NCBI RefSeq assembly: GCF_000150275.1
Contig: NW_002060944.1
Location: 8,136,735-8,200,734 of the forward strand
Direction of reading: 5' to 3'
Origin: Trichoplax adhaerens
Taxonomy: Eukaryota; Animalia; Placozoa
DNA: 64,000 nt
In this document: piece by piece, positions 1 through 15,000 of the stretch
Layout of the letters: every line of letters begins with the position of its first letter
How positions within the stretch are numbered: the stretch's first letter is position 1
Notes under the pieces: model-generated
What the model saw: only the letters and a program-made list of their open reading frames with translations
The model's database searches: none
Told to the model about the DNA's origin: nothing
Program-made: the position numbers and the translations under genes

Positions 1-3000
1 TCCCATAGATCTTCTTCCTCCGCCTGTGGTTCACCGTCGGGCCAACTTGAACAATCCATAGCCTATCCATCAGAATGTTTTATTAAGATACTAGTTAAAA
101 CAGTATAGTCAGTTTACCGTATTAGGAATAATTCACTGGAGCGCTACATTTCAAAACGTCGCCCCATAAAGCTCCAATATGACCACCTCAATTATTATGC
201 ACAGACGTTACCTGATTGTAGTATTTCACAGCCGCTGCATAATCATGACGTGATTCCGCTTCTAAGGCTCGTTGAGTAATGTCTTTAGTGCCTAAATGTC
301 CGCTAAATATGCCACGCAATACATCATAATATCCAATAGATTTGTATAATTTGGATAATTCAATCCAATTACTCGTGGCTTCTGAGGCGCTTGACGTTTT
401 AATACGCTTCGACGGAGGTTCCTCAGTATCTAGATGCATAATTTGCTTCTCCAAAAGTAAAATACCTTCCAATAATAAATATTGCAGCGTTAGACTTCAT
501 TCAATATTTCAAAATTTAACTCTCCTATTTATAAAAAGGCTCTTTTCAGCTAAAATTTTATACAGTACCTATTGGTTGCTGTGAACTAGCTAAGCTAGCT
601 ACGCTAGCAAAACTACTTTGAATTGATAGTTCTTTTTGCTGATAACAAATATCCTAATACAGCAATAAAATACATACAGTAGAAATAAATAAGGCGGTTC
701 ACCTTGTGAGCTTGTGTGAGTTTATTGCAGTACAGTATTATCAGAAACCGTAAGTAACTTACCTGAACACAGGCTATCAACGGAGGAAAGTAATGTTTCG
801 ACTTTTTGACAATATTACTAAGAGAAGCTTTAATTTCCGCTTTTGTCTCTGCAGCATCCTCATCGTTAAAGTTTTCTTCAATTTGAGAAAATATCCCATG
901 GAATAGAGAAGCAAACAGCATACGCGCAATGGTGTTGTCAAGCTTTCTCACAATAAAAATGTCATAATAAAATTAGAAAACTGTCAATTCCAATTGCTAA
1001 CGTTACATTTACTATAAAATCGCGATCAAGCTCTAGCTATAGAAATCTTAGTAGCCATACAGGGCTACCATTCCTTCTCATCAAACAACACTACATAATG
1101 TACTCAACTAATCTTAGATTATATTCCCGAGTTTTAAAGTACATACCGTAAATTAGGACTGTTAGAACCCGTGCATATACCTACTAGATCGTTTACACTT
1201 AAATTAACATAATGGTAATTTTTGATCGAGATAACAAACCTGAGCAAGAGCTTGAAATGGCGCAATTAATTCAGAATGCTTTATTTGAATATCTGGCAAC
1301 TCTCCATCACGATATTTTCGGTACATAACAACCTTATTTTCGCGTGCAATCTTCTGTTGCTTTAGAATTTCCTACGCAGTCAAAAGGATAAAATCCTATC
1401 TAATCTAGTTGCTTTAAATTTTTACTTATAAATGGATTGGACAATATATATCTGTCATACAGTCATTCTTACCTCACGAAGTTGCTTTTTTCTTCGCTCC
1501 CGCTTAGCATAGAAGGCGTTATTTGCCATCTCACTTTTAATATATCTTCGCCTTAAATGATTTAAACTGGATGAAGGCTGGGAAACAGCTAAAGTTATGC
1601 GCGGAAAATTAAAATAGAACTTTAAGTATCGTTGCGTATTATCAACAGTGAAACGAGAGATGCTGTTTAAAAGTATTTTTACTTGTAGATTAATTCAATT
1701 AATACTTACATTGCGATTGTGGTTGTGATGCAGTTTCACTTGATAGTTTTTGCTGGCCGAAATCTTTACTCAATGGTTTCATTTGCAAAGGCCTTTGACG
1801 AGGACTTTTTGAACTCAGAAATAGTAGTGTACTCGAAGTTTCAGAACTAGTTGATGATAATGACTGCTGCAGGAACGCAGCGTAAGACTGGATACTTTTA
1901 TCAACACTTGACGGGTCAAGCCAATTACGTGCATCAGTGTCTTGTGTTGGTGTAAACTGCAAATTCGTACTTTGTGTAGCACGCAACAGATGTTCATCAG
2001 TGGAACTACTACCACTAAGTGAAAATGATGCCATGGATCCTTGCGATCCTAACTGAGTTGCAGCAAATAGTGGTGTCATCATGGCATGACGATATTGCCA
2101 TGAGTAGTTGACATTGTAATCCTATCAAGGGAAAAATTATATAAGATATTTAGTTACCCAACCGATTAGTACATTGTAGATTGAATTACCAGGATGTATC
2201 TACATATTTGTATAGCTTACATGAAATTTGCATTCAGACAATGGACGATCAAAAATTGATAATTTATAATCAGGACTGCGCGAGGTAAGTTCCAGTATTA
2301 AATTAGTTGAATAAGACAAAAACTATATGATCCAAAGAGAAGTTTTAAGGTTTATGAGAGAAAAATTACGTTAGCTATTCACTAATGAGCCATGTATTGA
2401 GCTTAAAATGACCTCTGATTCGGCATTAGGAGAGTACAGTGCATACAGTACGGAACTTAACCTTTCCAAAGTTCCGCTAGGTAGACGATTATTATTACTC
2501 CAAAAGTTAATAAGTTGTAACCTGTTCGTAAAAGGAAATTCAGTAGCAGTAATAATTAATCCAGCAGTTTAGAATAGAATAAAAATGACAAATTACGCGA
2601 AAAAAGGAATCATTACTCAGGTACCTATTCTCTTCCGAGCTATCGTTTAATCCTTGAAGCAACTGATCTTTGCAAAAATTGATTAGTTGTTTCGTCTCAT
2701 CATTCTTGTCAATTTCCTGCCTAAATTTTATTTAGAAGATATACAAGCTCTCTTATATAAAATGTTACGAAATTAAAATAACAGTCGTATTTATATTCCA
2801 GTGTTACTTTGCAATTTCAAAGTACAAACCTAAAGGTATCATAGATCCACATAAAAATTCCATACATCTTCTGCCGACACGCGGCACTAGGATTTGTTTT
2901 AAAAGTTGCGACCAATTCCGCCAAATATAAAATTTGAGATATATCCAAATTTTTCAACATTGCTCGAACTAAGTCCAAGGAAACTTGCTGTTTTGATTCA

Positions 3001-6000
3001 TCCCTACAGATAAATTTGTTGCCATGAAAAGGACACATAGGCAATAATCTGCTTTCAACTGATAAATTTGACAGCTTCAACAGTAAATGCAATATTTGTC
3101 TCTTACATAACAAAAGACGGATGAAGTCTAAATTACCTATGCAATAACATATCTTTTAATCCCTTATTTCTCAATTCGGTATATAACTCTTTAATATGAT
3201 CAGCACGCGCTAGTATAATTTCTAAGCATTTCGTTTTAAATTCGCCATACAAGGACGGCATTAAGAATAATACTTTATTGACAAATCTATTTGTGATAGG
3301 AAAATAACAGATGGTATATCTTGCAATTAGAAATAAACGATAAATATCTTATGTAAAAAAAGAGAAATATAACCATCATAAAGAAACTTCGCATACTAAA
3401 GAATCAATAACTTTAAGTGTATAGTGTACCTATCGGCTATAATTGGATAATGTAATTGCACACGATATAGACATAATATAAATCTTGCCACATCCATACG
3501 ACCAGCCGATACCATCGACGATAGATGTTGGGTCACATAATCAAATATAGGACCTTCAGTTTCCTTTTTATAGCAAAGCAAAAGCCATTGTTGTCAGAAT
3601 AATAACAACGGTGAATTAGAGTTTCAATAAATTTCGTTTTTATTTTGACGATTTTATATGCATTACTAGAAATGCCATCGATAGGGATATATATTTTACC
3701 TTTTTAACGCTAGCAAGATGCTTCATTATCATGCCTAATACTTCAGCAACAGCTTCATAAACCTCTTTGTATTTGAACTGTAAATTTTCTGCTAATGCTC
3801 TGTAATATCTAATAAATTATTTCTTAACTCGATTAATTCATCTTCCACAATGGTTCGAAATTGAACACAGTTCATATTGACAATTTTTACTCACAACATT
3901 TCATCAACTTCAACATCGTAACGATATGGTGATAATCCGTTAGCGACGACAAGGCCAAGGCACTGAATACCCGTTGAATTGTCTTTCTTATCCTTATCGG
4001 GGTTACTAAAATTCTTATATATAATCCTTATTCCAAAATAAAAGCGATTTCTTAACGATATAGATATTAAAAATAAAAATAGACTGCGGTAAAATACCGA
4101 TAAGGAATTTCAATGTGATTCTTCCATAATTCAACAGCGGTTTTAATTATTTCAATATTGTTTCGTAGTACACTCCGATTGGGATAGAATGCATTTCTCA
4201 TCAGAAATTCCATCAGTCGATTAGCTTGTAAAATTTCGTCAACGTCCTATCAATTATATATTATTTCGTGTTTAGCAAGCAAGTTTACTAAATTATGCCA
4301 GTCATGGCAACTTAAGAATCAAAAACAAACAGGTTATATGCAAATCTTTCAACAAAATACTTAGACATAATACCTTAGGGATAGCAACATCGGCCCATGA
4401 AAGCAAAACAATCATCAGATCGACAATAAAGTAATGGATTCCATCCGATTCCTTTCCTTCGATAATCAATTGTATCAGTGGTACTAGCCAAAATTTTGCA
4501 TATGGTCTAAAAATCTAATTGAAAATTCACTTCATCAACAGTAGTTTACTTAAAATGCTGTGATGAATAACCGGTTATTCGGTCAATAAAACGAACCTTT
4601 GGTCGATTAATAATCAATTTGGCAATAAATAATTTAATGTTGCGATTTGTGGTATGATCGCTAGCTTTTTTTCGTAATGCAACCATCCATGATGGCATTT
4701 CACTAGGAGTAGTATCCTAGATTCAAATTACACAAATTGATGCATGTAAGAAGTAGGATTAGTCTAAATGTATCAGAATTATAATTTACATTAATTACTA
4801 CTACTGCAATATAATTCACAACAGAATAAAGCAAATAAAGTCCGCATATGTTACACATCAAGACTAGATAACGACTAAATGTTTAATTCGGTTCCAGTTC
4901 GGATATTGATGTAGAAAATCCAGAAGTAATCGCTACCAAAGATACTGCTCACTGTCCGTAAATGAAAATTATAACATGTTACCTTTTCAATCGCAGGATT
5001 AATTTTGTTGACAGCCATATGATCAAGGAGGGTTAATAAAGCCTCCATACATTCATGCTTATTCAAATCATCTAGTTCTAGCTCTTCATCAGCGAACTTA
5101 TTTATAATTGTCTTAGCCTGAAACGAATTAATGATGATAATTTTTAACGTGAATCAAGCTATAACGGTAACAATTTAAAGTGAAATTACAGTATATTAAT
5201 AAAAGTGAAACCTTTTCACTATCTCCGGTTTCACGAGTAGGAATTTGTTTGATTGAATTATTCTCCGAATACCCCTTAAAATTATGGAAAAAGCAGCATT
5301 AAAATCTTTACATGACGAAACTAGCAATCCTAAAAAAGTTCCTTAACATGATATCAATCTCAAAATCCTACCTGAACAGTAGAACTATTAAAATCAAATT
5401 GACTAATTTCTTCATTCAGCGAACTATCGGCCAGATATTGGGACGGCAAATGATAACTTGGAGCCACTATAGGTCATAGATTATCAACACATTCAAACGT
5501 AAATTTAATCAGTCATAGTCCACAATATTTCTATTTTTATATGCCAAAAAATAGGTAAAATAACTCCTACTTGCAATGCCTGAATCGGCTTCATCTGCCG
5601 ATTCACTAGAAACTGAAGAGCGCGATTGTTCTCGTAGCGACCTGAAAGTTGTCTTTTGCTTATCTTGATACTATATATGACATTGAACACTCTTAACTAA
5701 TTGGCTTGGTTCCAATTATGTGAACTAAATATCTCGTATATTCAATATTGATTATTGCATGTCAAAGTCTTACCGATAACTCAATTTCGAAGGCATATTC
5801 TCTTTCCATATCAATCAGATTCTCCCATAAAAGTTGTTTCTAATAAGAACAAAATTGTACAATATTTTTTTAACTACAATAACTTATTCTAAGTGAACAC
5901 AATACACTCATTACTTTATAGTAGGAAATTTACTAACCCTTGCCACATTTTCGGTAAAAAGGAAAACGGTATAAAATTTCATTTCCGTTTGCGTTGACGA

Positions 6001-9000
6001 TATCACAGAAATCAGAGCATTATAAGCTGCACAGCAACACTGCCGATGAAGTTCAACTGATCTAGTTTCACCACGTAAATCATCACTCTTACAAGCGTGA
6101 GCTGCCCTAGTAATGATAGTACAATGATCTCTGAGTTACAATCAAAGCTTGCGATTTACTGAGTGCGATGCATGATAATTTATGCATGCTTTATGATATT
6201 AGTAACAATTTTTGATATATAACAAAACGAATATGCGATTTTCAGTGCTAAATCAACTAACTTTGTAATCGATTTCGTAATTTCTTTGCCATCTTCGGTT
6301 GGACGTCCAGTATAAGCTTTCACAATCGATGACTCTGCTGTATTAACGTCTTGCTTGGATAATTTACTGTACATGAGTTTCATCAACTTGTACGAGCCTA
6401 ACTTTGATATCAATTGATTTTCTAGGTCTGCGGTCTGTATGGTGAATGAATGTGAGATAAAAAATACATATTCTAGCAAAACAAATCTAGTATCTACCAT
6501 ATCTAATGTACGCAACGATACACGTATCTTAAAAATAAATATAACTCACCTTAACTAATTTTGCTTCAATAATATCCATTATTTCTTTGATGTGACTAAC
6601 ATAGAAATCTTTAGTAATCTTCAGGCTTGCTTTTTGCAGCATTGGCAAACAAACGCGCTCAATGGCAGCTCTTCTAATATCAGGTCGATAACTTTTATCA
6701 TTGACAAACATCTTAAAAGGAACATCGAGTGCACCCAAAGCATCTTTCGGTATTAAACTATTGTATCGGGAATTCAATTACCAGGTTAGTCGCTCGCTAT
6801 ATTAAACAACATTTAAAAAAGTCCTCATTCAGTACCTACGAGAACTTACCTACTAATAAAAAGAAGTAACGATTTTTGAATTTGTTCCTCATATGCGTGC
6901 TTTTTTTCACGACACATTACGCTAATAAGAACTTCCAGCAGCATTAAATTACCAGATTTGATCAAATTTGCTAATAGCTGTTATAACGAAGCAACCAGAA
7001 GAATAACTATTTTTAACCGTCTAACATCGCTCGTATTTCAGCGAAATAATATTGGCTAAGAGGTAGTTACCTTGTCAATACAAGCGACATAGTCGTTATA
7101 ATCGGGGCTACCAACTACAAATTCAGCTGATTTTAACGGGAACTTATCAACAATCATTCGATCCAAATGCTCACTAAAAGTATTATTCCCAGATATAAAT
7201 GAGCAAAATAGCCTAATGTATAAAAGCTAGTATATTCTGTATATCAGAAACTTATATCTGCGTAAAGTTAAACTGACCGTAACTCGCGAATCCTTTTATC
7301 ACTAGATACAAGAAAGAAATGTAGCAGATCTAGCACATATTTCTACGAATTTGACAAGAAATATACAGAAACGTAGCATTAATCACATGATGGCGCTCAG
7401 AAAATGTTAATTTATAAGCTATATACTGGTTAAACCAACTTTAAACGCCAAACTGGTTGATGTACCAGACAGGAGCGATAAAAAGAAATTGAAAACTGTC
7501 TCAAATGATGAATCATTACTTTGAGTTGTAAACTAGAAATGAATAATAAGAGTAGCATGTTGTGGCATTAGTAGAGCAATTAACTTTAACTGGCCTAAAG
7601 AATGCGCATATAAATAAATGAAGTAGTCTTAATGAGTATAATGTCGGTACTGATGACGATCCCTTGCATTCCATTTGCCAACTATCTATAAAAATATCCT
7701 AAAAATGTACCTGAGGATCCAGAGTTAAGCATTTGTTGAGTATATTAACAGATATTTGCAGCAAGTCCTGAGCATCAGGTGTCAACCACCAACACTTTAA
7801 CGAATTCCACGAAGATAGTATCTTTTTAGAGATATGGATCCCTTTGCTGAAAGAGGTATAAATTCGTTAATGCAGAAGTGTTCAAAAATCTTCAGTTACG
7901 TGATGACGTGATGAACTGTCAATGCTAACGAAATGAACCTGTCACAAACCTTTGGCGTAAACCTCTGTCACGCAGTATGAAATCTAATAATCCAGATAAT
8001 ATCCCAGATATCTGACAGATTCCAACAGAAGTAGTAATCATTTGAAATCTTTTTAATTTATATGCATAATAAAACAACAAAATAAAGTACAAAATATTAC
8101 CATGAATGATTTACTAGCAGCCAAATCGAGTATCATAGGCAAACACTGGTTAGATACTTTCGCCAGGAAAGCATTAATATTACTGTTAAATGTATAATAC
8201 AGCGTCATTCCAAGAGTTGCTGTTGCGCTATTGCTATCTAGAGATCATAGATCATAAATAGAAGTGCTGATATCAAGTAACTAATATTACATCCTGATAT
8301 CTCTCCATAGTCTCACTGCCCTTGTAATCTGTAACAGTACATACTTGTCATTAACTATCTAACTGTAAAAATACTGTAATCTTACGGACTGATATTAGCC
8401 AAAGAATATCATTGTAAGCATATGCATCGATCGTATCAAATCTGATCAAATTAATTGTATATGTATAGAAATCCTTTTAAATTACCTCCATATAATTTTG
8501 TTTCATCCAACAAATATCTAAAGAATATATCGATTGTTTCATTCAATTCGAAAGCTAAATCAAGTAACTCAGCAGCAACCTTTTGCTGCGCTGGAGATAA
8601 TGCTGTTCGATCGCCGTTCATTTCACGCCCTCGAAAGCAGTCAACAACAGATTTCATAATTTTTTCTATTAAATCCTTCTGCATATATCGAAATATCGAA
8701 AACCTGGAATTAGCGCAATACTGACTACCTGTGCTAACTATTGACATTGCAGAAAATTAATGAAAACCCACATGGTCCGCAGGCGTAGTCTTCAGTATCC
8801 CCATTGTCAGCAATTGTTTATAGCCCTTAATTAAGAATGTTAACCGCTCGAAATCAATATTTAATTCGTTGTCTCGATCGAACCGTATGGGTAACAAGTC
8901 TGGTAAATTATAAGATCTAAAACAGATGGATAAGCTGAAGTCAAATCAAGGTCATAAAATCAAACAGTAACTTTAAACATAAAAATAAAATATAAATAAC

Positions 9001-12000
9001 GATCACAAATCTTAATTTAGTTGTTGTAACAATATACAATCACTTAACATGCTCAAACCTGTTCCGAGATAACAATTCCTTTAATGTTATAATCATTAAT
9101 TCCCTTTTATCTTTCGGTAATTTCATTTGAAATAATCCGCATATATCCTTCATCTAAAGAAGCAGTCGATATGCAATTAACATATCTTTATTATAAAGTA
9201 ATTAATACCAACTTCAATCATTAGAGTTTAACTAAACCTGTTGCGGGAGCTTTTCCAATACTTCTATATCCCCAACATTAAATCCCAATTGATGTGGTGT
9301 TAAAATGCAAAGAAAAATCATTTCGAATAAATTCTGGCTCCATATTTGGCGAGGTATGCCCTATATCATTATTTATTAGATATTAGCGTAACGAAATTAA
9401 ATAAAATTAACACAACGGATGTATAATATTGCGAAGTACCTCAATTATTGAAGTCGGACTCATTTGTAGCAAGACAGCCAAAAAATTGATCAACCTAACA
9501 ATAGTCGTACACTTGCACCTAAAGAGTGCAATATTATCATTTAAGCCTGTAAATCAATAAAAATACACAGTATTTATACAATCAATAATTGTTGGTTTAA
9601 TTTACATATTATATTCTTCAATCTCTCGCGGTGTAAAAAGTTGCAACGTTGATTTTGAATATAATAATTTAACGGTTTCATCCAATGAATGTAAGCATAA
9701 TTTCGACAAGAAGAATTCAATTGAGCCAAATATTTTACAGGAACCAAGCTGTGCCTTATCTCCTATTTGGAATATAGATAACCATTAATTCGCAAATGGC
9801 TAGTCAAAATAATAGTATCATAGTTTAATCTCAGAAATAGTTTTAGCGTAAAAACCTATAATTTGTTCAGGAGACATCATTTTCTCGCTAAATACCCAAG
9901 AATAACAGTCTAAAGCGGCCAAAAAGTAATCATACCAATTCTTCATTGATCGCAAATTGAATGTATCACTTATATCCAAGGCAGTTTGGTATCTGCCAAT
10001 TCCATATTTGCTACCGCCTCCCTCAAATCTGTTTAAAAATATAAGAAACATATTATTCATGAGTTACATAATTCTATAAGGCCTACATATATTTTATTAT
10101 AATTACGAACTTACAATTAGTTAATTCATGCTAAGCTTACCGTGTAATAAAGAACGTAACACTACTACTCCCAATAATTGTTTTAACCCAATCTTGAATC
10201 GTAGATACGCCTAGATATGAACACCAAAATAATTTCATCACCTGCTATAACATTCAGTCGTACAATTAAGTGATAATTATATAATAGTGAGTTCACATTA
10301 CTGCACTTCACTCGTATACGTGTGTACATTAGTAATGGTGCTATCCCACTTTTAGTAAAACTAATCGATATTAGTGTACTTTAGTAATAGAAATATGCTA
10401 GTTATGCAAAATATCAACGACTTATTTTGCATTTAATGATATTAAAACGAAAGGAAGCAAAACCCTGTCACAGTATTGTCATGTTTGACAGGGTTCTCAA
10501 GACGTCAAGGTTATAATAAGTGTAGTAAATCATCTTTCAAGCGCACCGATATTATACGAGCACAGGCAAGTAGCTAAACTTAAGCTTTTCACTGAAAACT
10601 AAAAATTAAAGAAAAAGGCAATAGTCGACCTAATACCACCTAAAGTTAATGATAGGCATACAAATGCATTTCTAATATACGATGTGCGTTACAATAAAAT
10701 TTATTTTTGGATAATTGATAAAGTCAATAACGTCAACGACAATTGCATCGTTATAATAATTATATAATAATAATAGAAGGGTGGCATTCCAGCAAACAGA
10801 AATTTATTATACCTGATAACTGAGGAGCGAGGCCATAAACCAATTGCATACATTGATGCCTGCAAGCTGTTTGTGGTCTACCACACTGCCGGACCAACCA
10901 GTTAACCACGTGATGAAGAGTAACTGTCTTAGTCATAAACCCACTAGAAATTTATAATAAATAAATCATTAATAGTAAAGCTAGCTCCAATTACTTATGT
11001 AGAAGTGAACGGTATATCATTATAAAGGAAACTGACGTAGGAGTTCGCCGATTTTTGCTCTCTTTGTTAAGCGTTGATGCTTTTGCTTTAATAATTCGTT
11101 CAATATGAGCTAAAGCTTTAGACAACTGTTCTTGTGTTCCTATAAGAACCATGAGTAAACCGATAAAGACTTGAAACCATGATAATAAATAGAGCACAAC
11201 ATGATAACAAAATCATCACATTATAATTTACCAAGCGATTTCTCGTCTGTATGAGACAATGCCAGAGAATTAACATAATTGACTAAAATTTCAAATATAA
11301 ATGTATCCACCAGTGTCGACTCTTCCCTATTTCAATAAATGTTTAAATTTGTAATATATTGTAGGTTTTACGAATAGCATCATTTTCGCAAATATTTACT
11401 ATTACCTGAGGACAACGTATATATTATTGAATGCCAAGGCTGCACCAAGGCGTTTAATGGCACTTGGATGAGAAGCTAGGCTATACAGACGCTTCAATAA
11501 GGATTTTGCATTGTTTGAGGTTTTCTCTTGTTGCTAAATATACATTAGATATTAATCAGTTTCTTGTACATCATACGAATCGGTCAAATTTGTTTATCCC
11601 TCTAACAAAGCCAGTAAATCCAATTGTACACTATGAACTTATAATATCGTACGAACGAATTCGCATCTCATTATGAAGAAAATGATATGTTTTTTGTTAA
11701 GATAAATATTTCTTATATTAACTTTCACTATAGGAGAAAGATATTGCTCTTTCCAATTTTTAAGATCGATTAGAAAGTAACTGCTAATGACTATAACATT
11801 ACCCTTTCGTAATATAAATTTTATATAAAATTACATATGCAATGTAAATCAAATAGACTGTTAGCGTAACACTAAAATAGCTACTACAACCTTTTTGGTA
11901 GTCTGTTTAATCGACCAGTGTAAATATTCTCGTAAAGATTTGGCACAGAAATCTCTTAATGCGGAGTCAGTTGAATGAATGACACCATCCTTTAAGTTAA

Positions 12001-15000
12001 TAATTTTAAAATTTTACGCATGTCTGATATTATACATAAATTTTATCCATTTTAGCGATAATTTGAACATGCTTCTTAAGCGAGATTTTCAACATACTAA
12101 TAACGCATTCAACAGAGCTATCGTCTCCACACTTTCGTAGTTAGAATTACCAGTGAACCAATGAATAAGTTGATATACCAGCGGTTGAAATAATTGTTGT
12201 GACACCTATTAAAAACATTTCGCTAATGAAGCCTTAATGTAGATACATGCGCATTAATACGTATCAAAACTACTAACCTGTTCTACATCGGACGCCAATG
12301 TTAAGATTGCAGGAAAGATTTTCTTGTATAAGTTACCATAATTAGTCTGTAACGAGTAAAATTTTACTTTAATCAAATTGTTTGGATTTCAATCCTTAAA
12401 ATATGTCAAATATTATTGCTCAGTTACCACAGATCCTGTCCCTCCAGGCTGTTGCGCTCCTCTTCCAATCATATACAAAACTAACGCATGCAATAACTCA
12501 CAAGCAGCAATCTAATTCCAGAATTATATTTTATCGATCATTAAACGTAATATTTGACTTAATCAAAATAGCGTAGCTTCATAGATAACTCTACTTACTT
12601 TTGTTTGGCGGTCACTAGAAGACGTCGCTAACTCGACCACACGTGGCAGGAATGGATCTATTTTAATGTATAGATATGCCTTAGCGAAAATAGATCTAAA
12701 ATTTGTTCTAAAAACAAACTACAACGTTACCCAAATGAATAATTGGTTTCATATCTTGAAATGGGATTGCGAAAGGTAAACGTTTATGGTTGTCCCACGC
12801 AACAGCCTGAGATGATCCATCATCATTACCTTTCCTTATGACCAGCGAATTAGTATTTCCACCTAAACGCCCAAGTAACTGTACTATTCTCAAGCGCACT
12901 TGAGCTAGGGGTGAATCCTAATAAATATATGTTAACAATTCATCAAGAACTAAAATTACGCTCAAATAAAATTTCGTAGGAGATATACAGCCAAGTTAAT
13001 TTTACTTTTGATCCACCAGTTGGGTTGACAACTTTAACAGGGAGTTTTTTAGCTTTACCAGTACGAGCCTTTAATGCTTTCGAGCTATCTTCAACTAACG
13101 TTTCAGTAGCTGCGCAGAAAAACATCATCAAAATATTTTAGTTACATGATTGATAGCACAGATGGTAAGTATTGCTGTTCAATGATTCAAACACACTAAC
13201 TATCGTCCGCTGAAGATTTTAAATAATCATCAAAGCATGGCAAAATATCTGAAAAATAAGGTCCTATTATATTTTGTGGAAGATCAGATGACCATCTTTC
13301 AAGGGCATCAATGGCTGCGTTAGCGAGTGGTAAATAACTTAATCCTATATTCATCGAGACCTGTATGCAACATTCATATACAGAAAAAAGGTAATCAACG
13401 AACGTATTTACCTACGCGTATTACTTAAGCGGAAATAAGAAATATCTTTTTTTCAAGACTCTGTCTTAACCTTAATAGCAGGAATAATCAATGCCATGTC
13501 ATCTTGAATTAATTGATAAGGCAACGCCAGAATCAAGGACAAGCAGGACACATGTAGATCATCTTTGTACTGTTTTAATCGAACTAAAACCTATGATATA
13601 AAATAGAGCAAAAAAATTATAACTGCTGTAACACTTAGGATAAGGATATGTTTAAGCTGACCTCCTTGTAAAACTTGTAATAAAGCAAATAACATAAGTA
13701 TTTATCGATGGATTCCGCCTCTGCTGCAGCATTAATTGTGCATTTGGTCACAGTTTCAATATTAAGATCCTAATAATAGAAAGCAAGGGCAATGTTAGAT
13801 AATAAGATTTAAATTTGCAGCACTATCTTTATCTGTGAAGGTGATAATGACCTCAAAGTATGAAAGTGAGGAACTGATTGTCATACAGATTTCAAGAAGT
13901 TTATAAAAGCCACTCACTAGTGGTAGTCTAAGAAGAAAAATTAAAAATAATCGTAATATTTTTTGTAAGATTATTGTCATGCCTAGCAGACCGATTGCAT
14001 TAATCTACGGTAGTTATTTACACATAGCCATAATCTACACTACTAAATTAATTATGTCCTAGCCAAACCTAGTAGACAGTAAAACTAAATTTTTGCCAAA
14101 AGGGAATATCCATGGAAGAAAGAACTCGGTTCGAGTAGTCGGCAGTAAAGCTCTAGACGAAAATTATTAACAAATTACCTTTCAGTAAACAAACAATTAT
14201 CCCTTTATCTATAGTAATATCATAATATTACTTGGTAAAGTCGACTATGTTAATAAAAACTTGAAAATCCTTAGGAACGTTGGGTTTCAATCCAGCCACA
14301 GGATTGGAAGTACCTTCAGATGATTGAGTCTAACGATAATAATAGCATAATTTGTATATTATTATTACTATCACAGTCATAAAGTCGCAAAAGATTTAAG
14401 TACAGTGCATTAGTATTTTATCACCTCCTCTTCTATAGTTGTTTGCTGTGAAGATGTTAAGTCAAGCTTTAATAAAATTCGCTGTAAAGAATGTAGTAAC
14501 TCATTGTACAAACTTCGTTGTACATAGATGATATGTTCACGGTCTGTGGTTATTAAAGTTAAGCCCTAAAAGCAAATAATCACAATGGTAAATAATTAAG
14601 ACCTTCTGATAGTTCCTACTATATGTACATATGTAAAGCACATAAATTACCTAGTATATACGAAGTGTCATCTTTTTACATTCAGTAATAATGGTATTAA
14701 TACGAAAACTGCTATGATATATTATAGTTAAATCTACCTTAATTTCGGTAGCTTGAATTAAATTCTTCCATAGTGAAATATAGTCTTTATAAGAAATGCG
14801 TGGACCAGTCTCTAAGATAACAGAATCCTGACTAATGTTCAGATCTGAATCCTATTGAATCACAGGTATTAATGGTGTATAATGCTGCCAGAAACTCAAT
14901 CACCAAAATTAATATAAAATTATATTGAATAATTACCGTTTCAACGTATACAGGGTGAGAACAAGTTCTTATCAACCCTTGATATACTGAAATAATATTA

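Noticed and set aside
6660-6700. Literal YRPD in KSYRPDIRR taken as the DNA-PKcs YRPD motif
   Set aside because: Coincidental; the real motif (YRDGELPD) is at about 1290-1315.
13642-13649. U12-type donor ATATCCTT on the minus strand of PRKDC
   Set aside because: It lies inside an intron that already has a frame-compatible GTCAGC donor.
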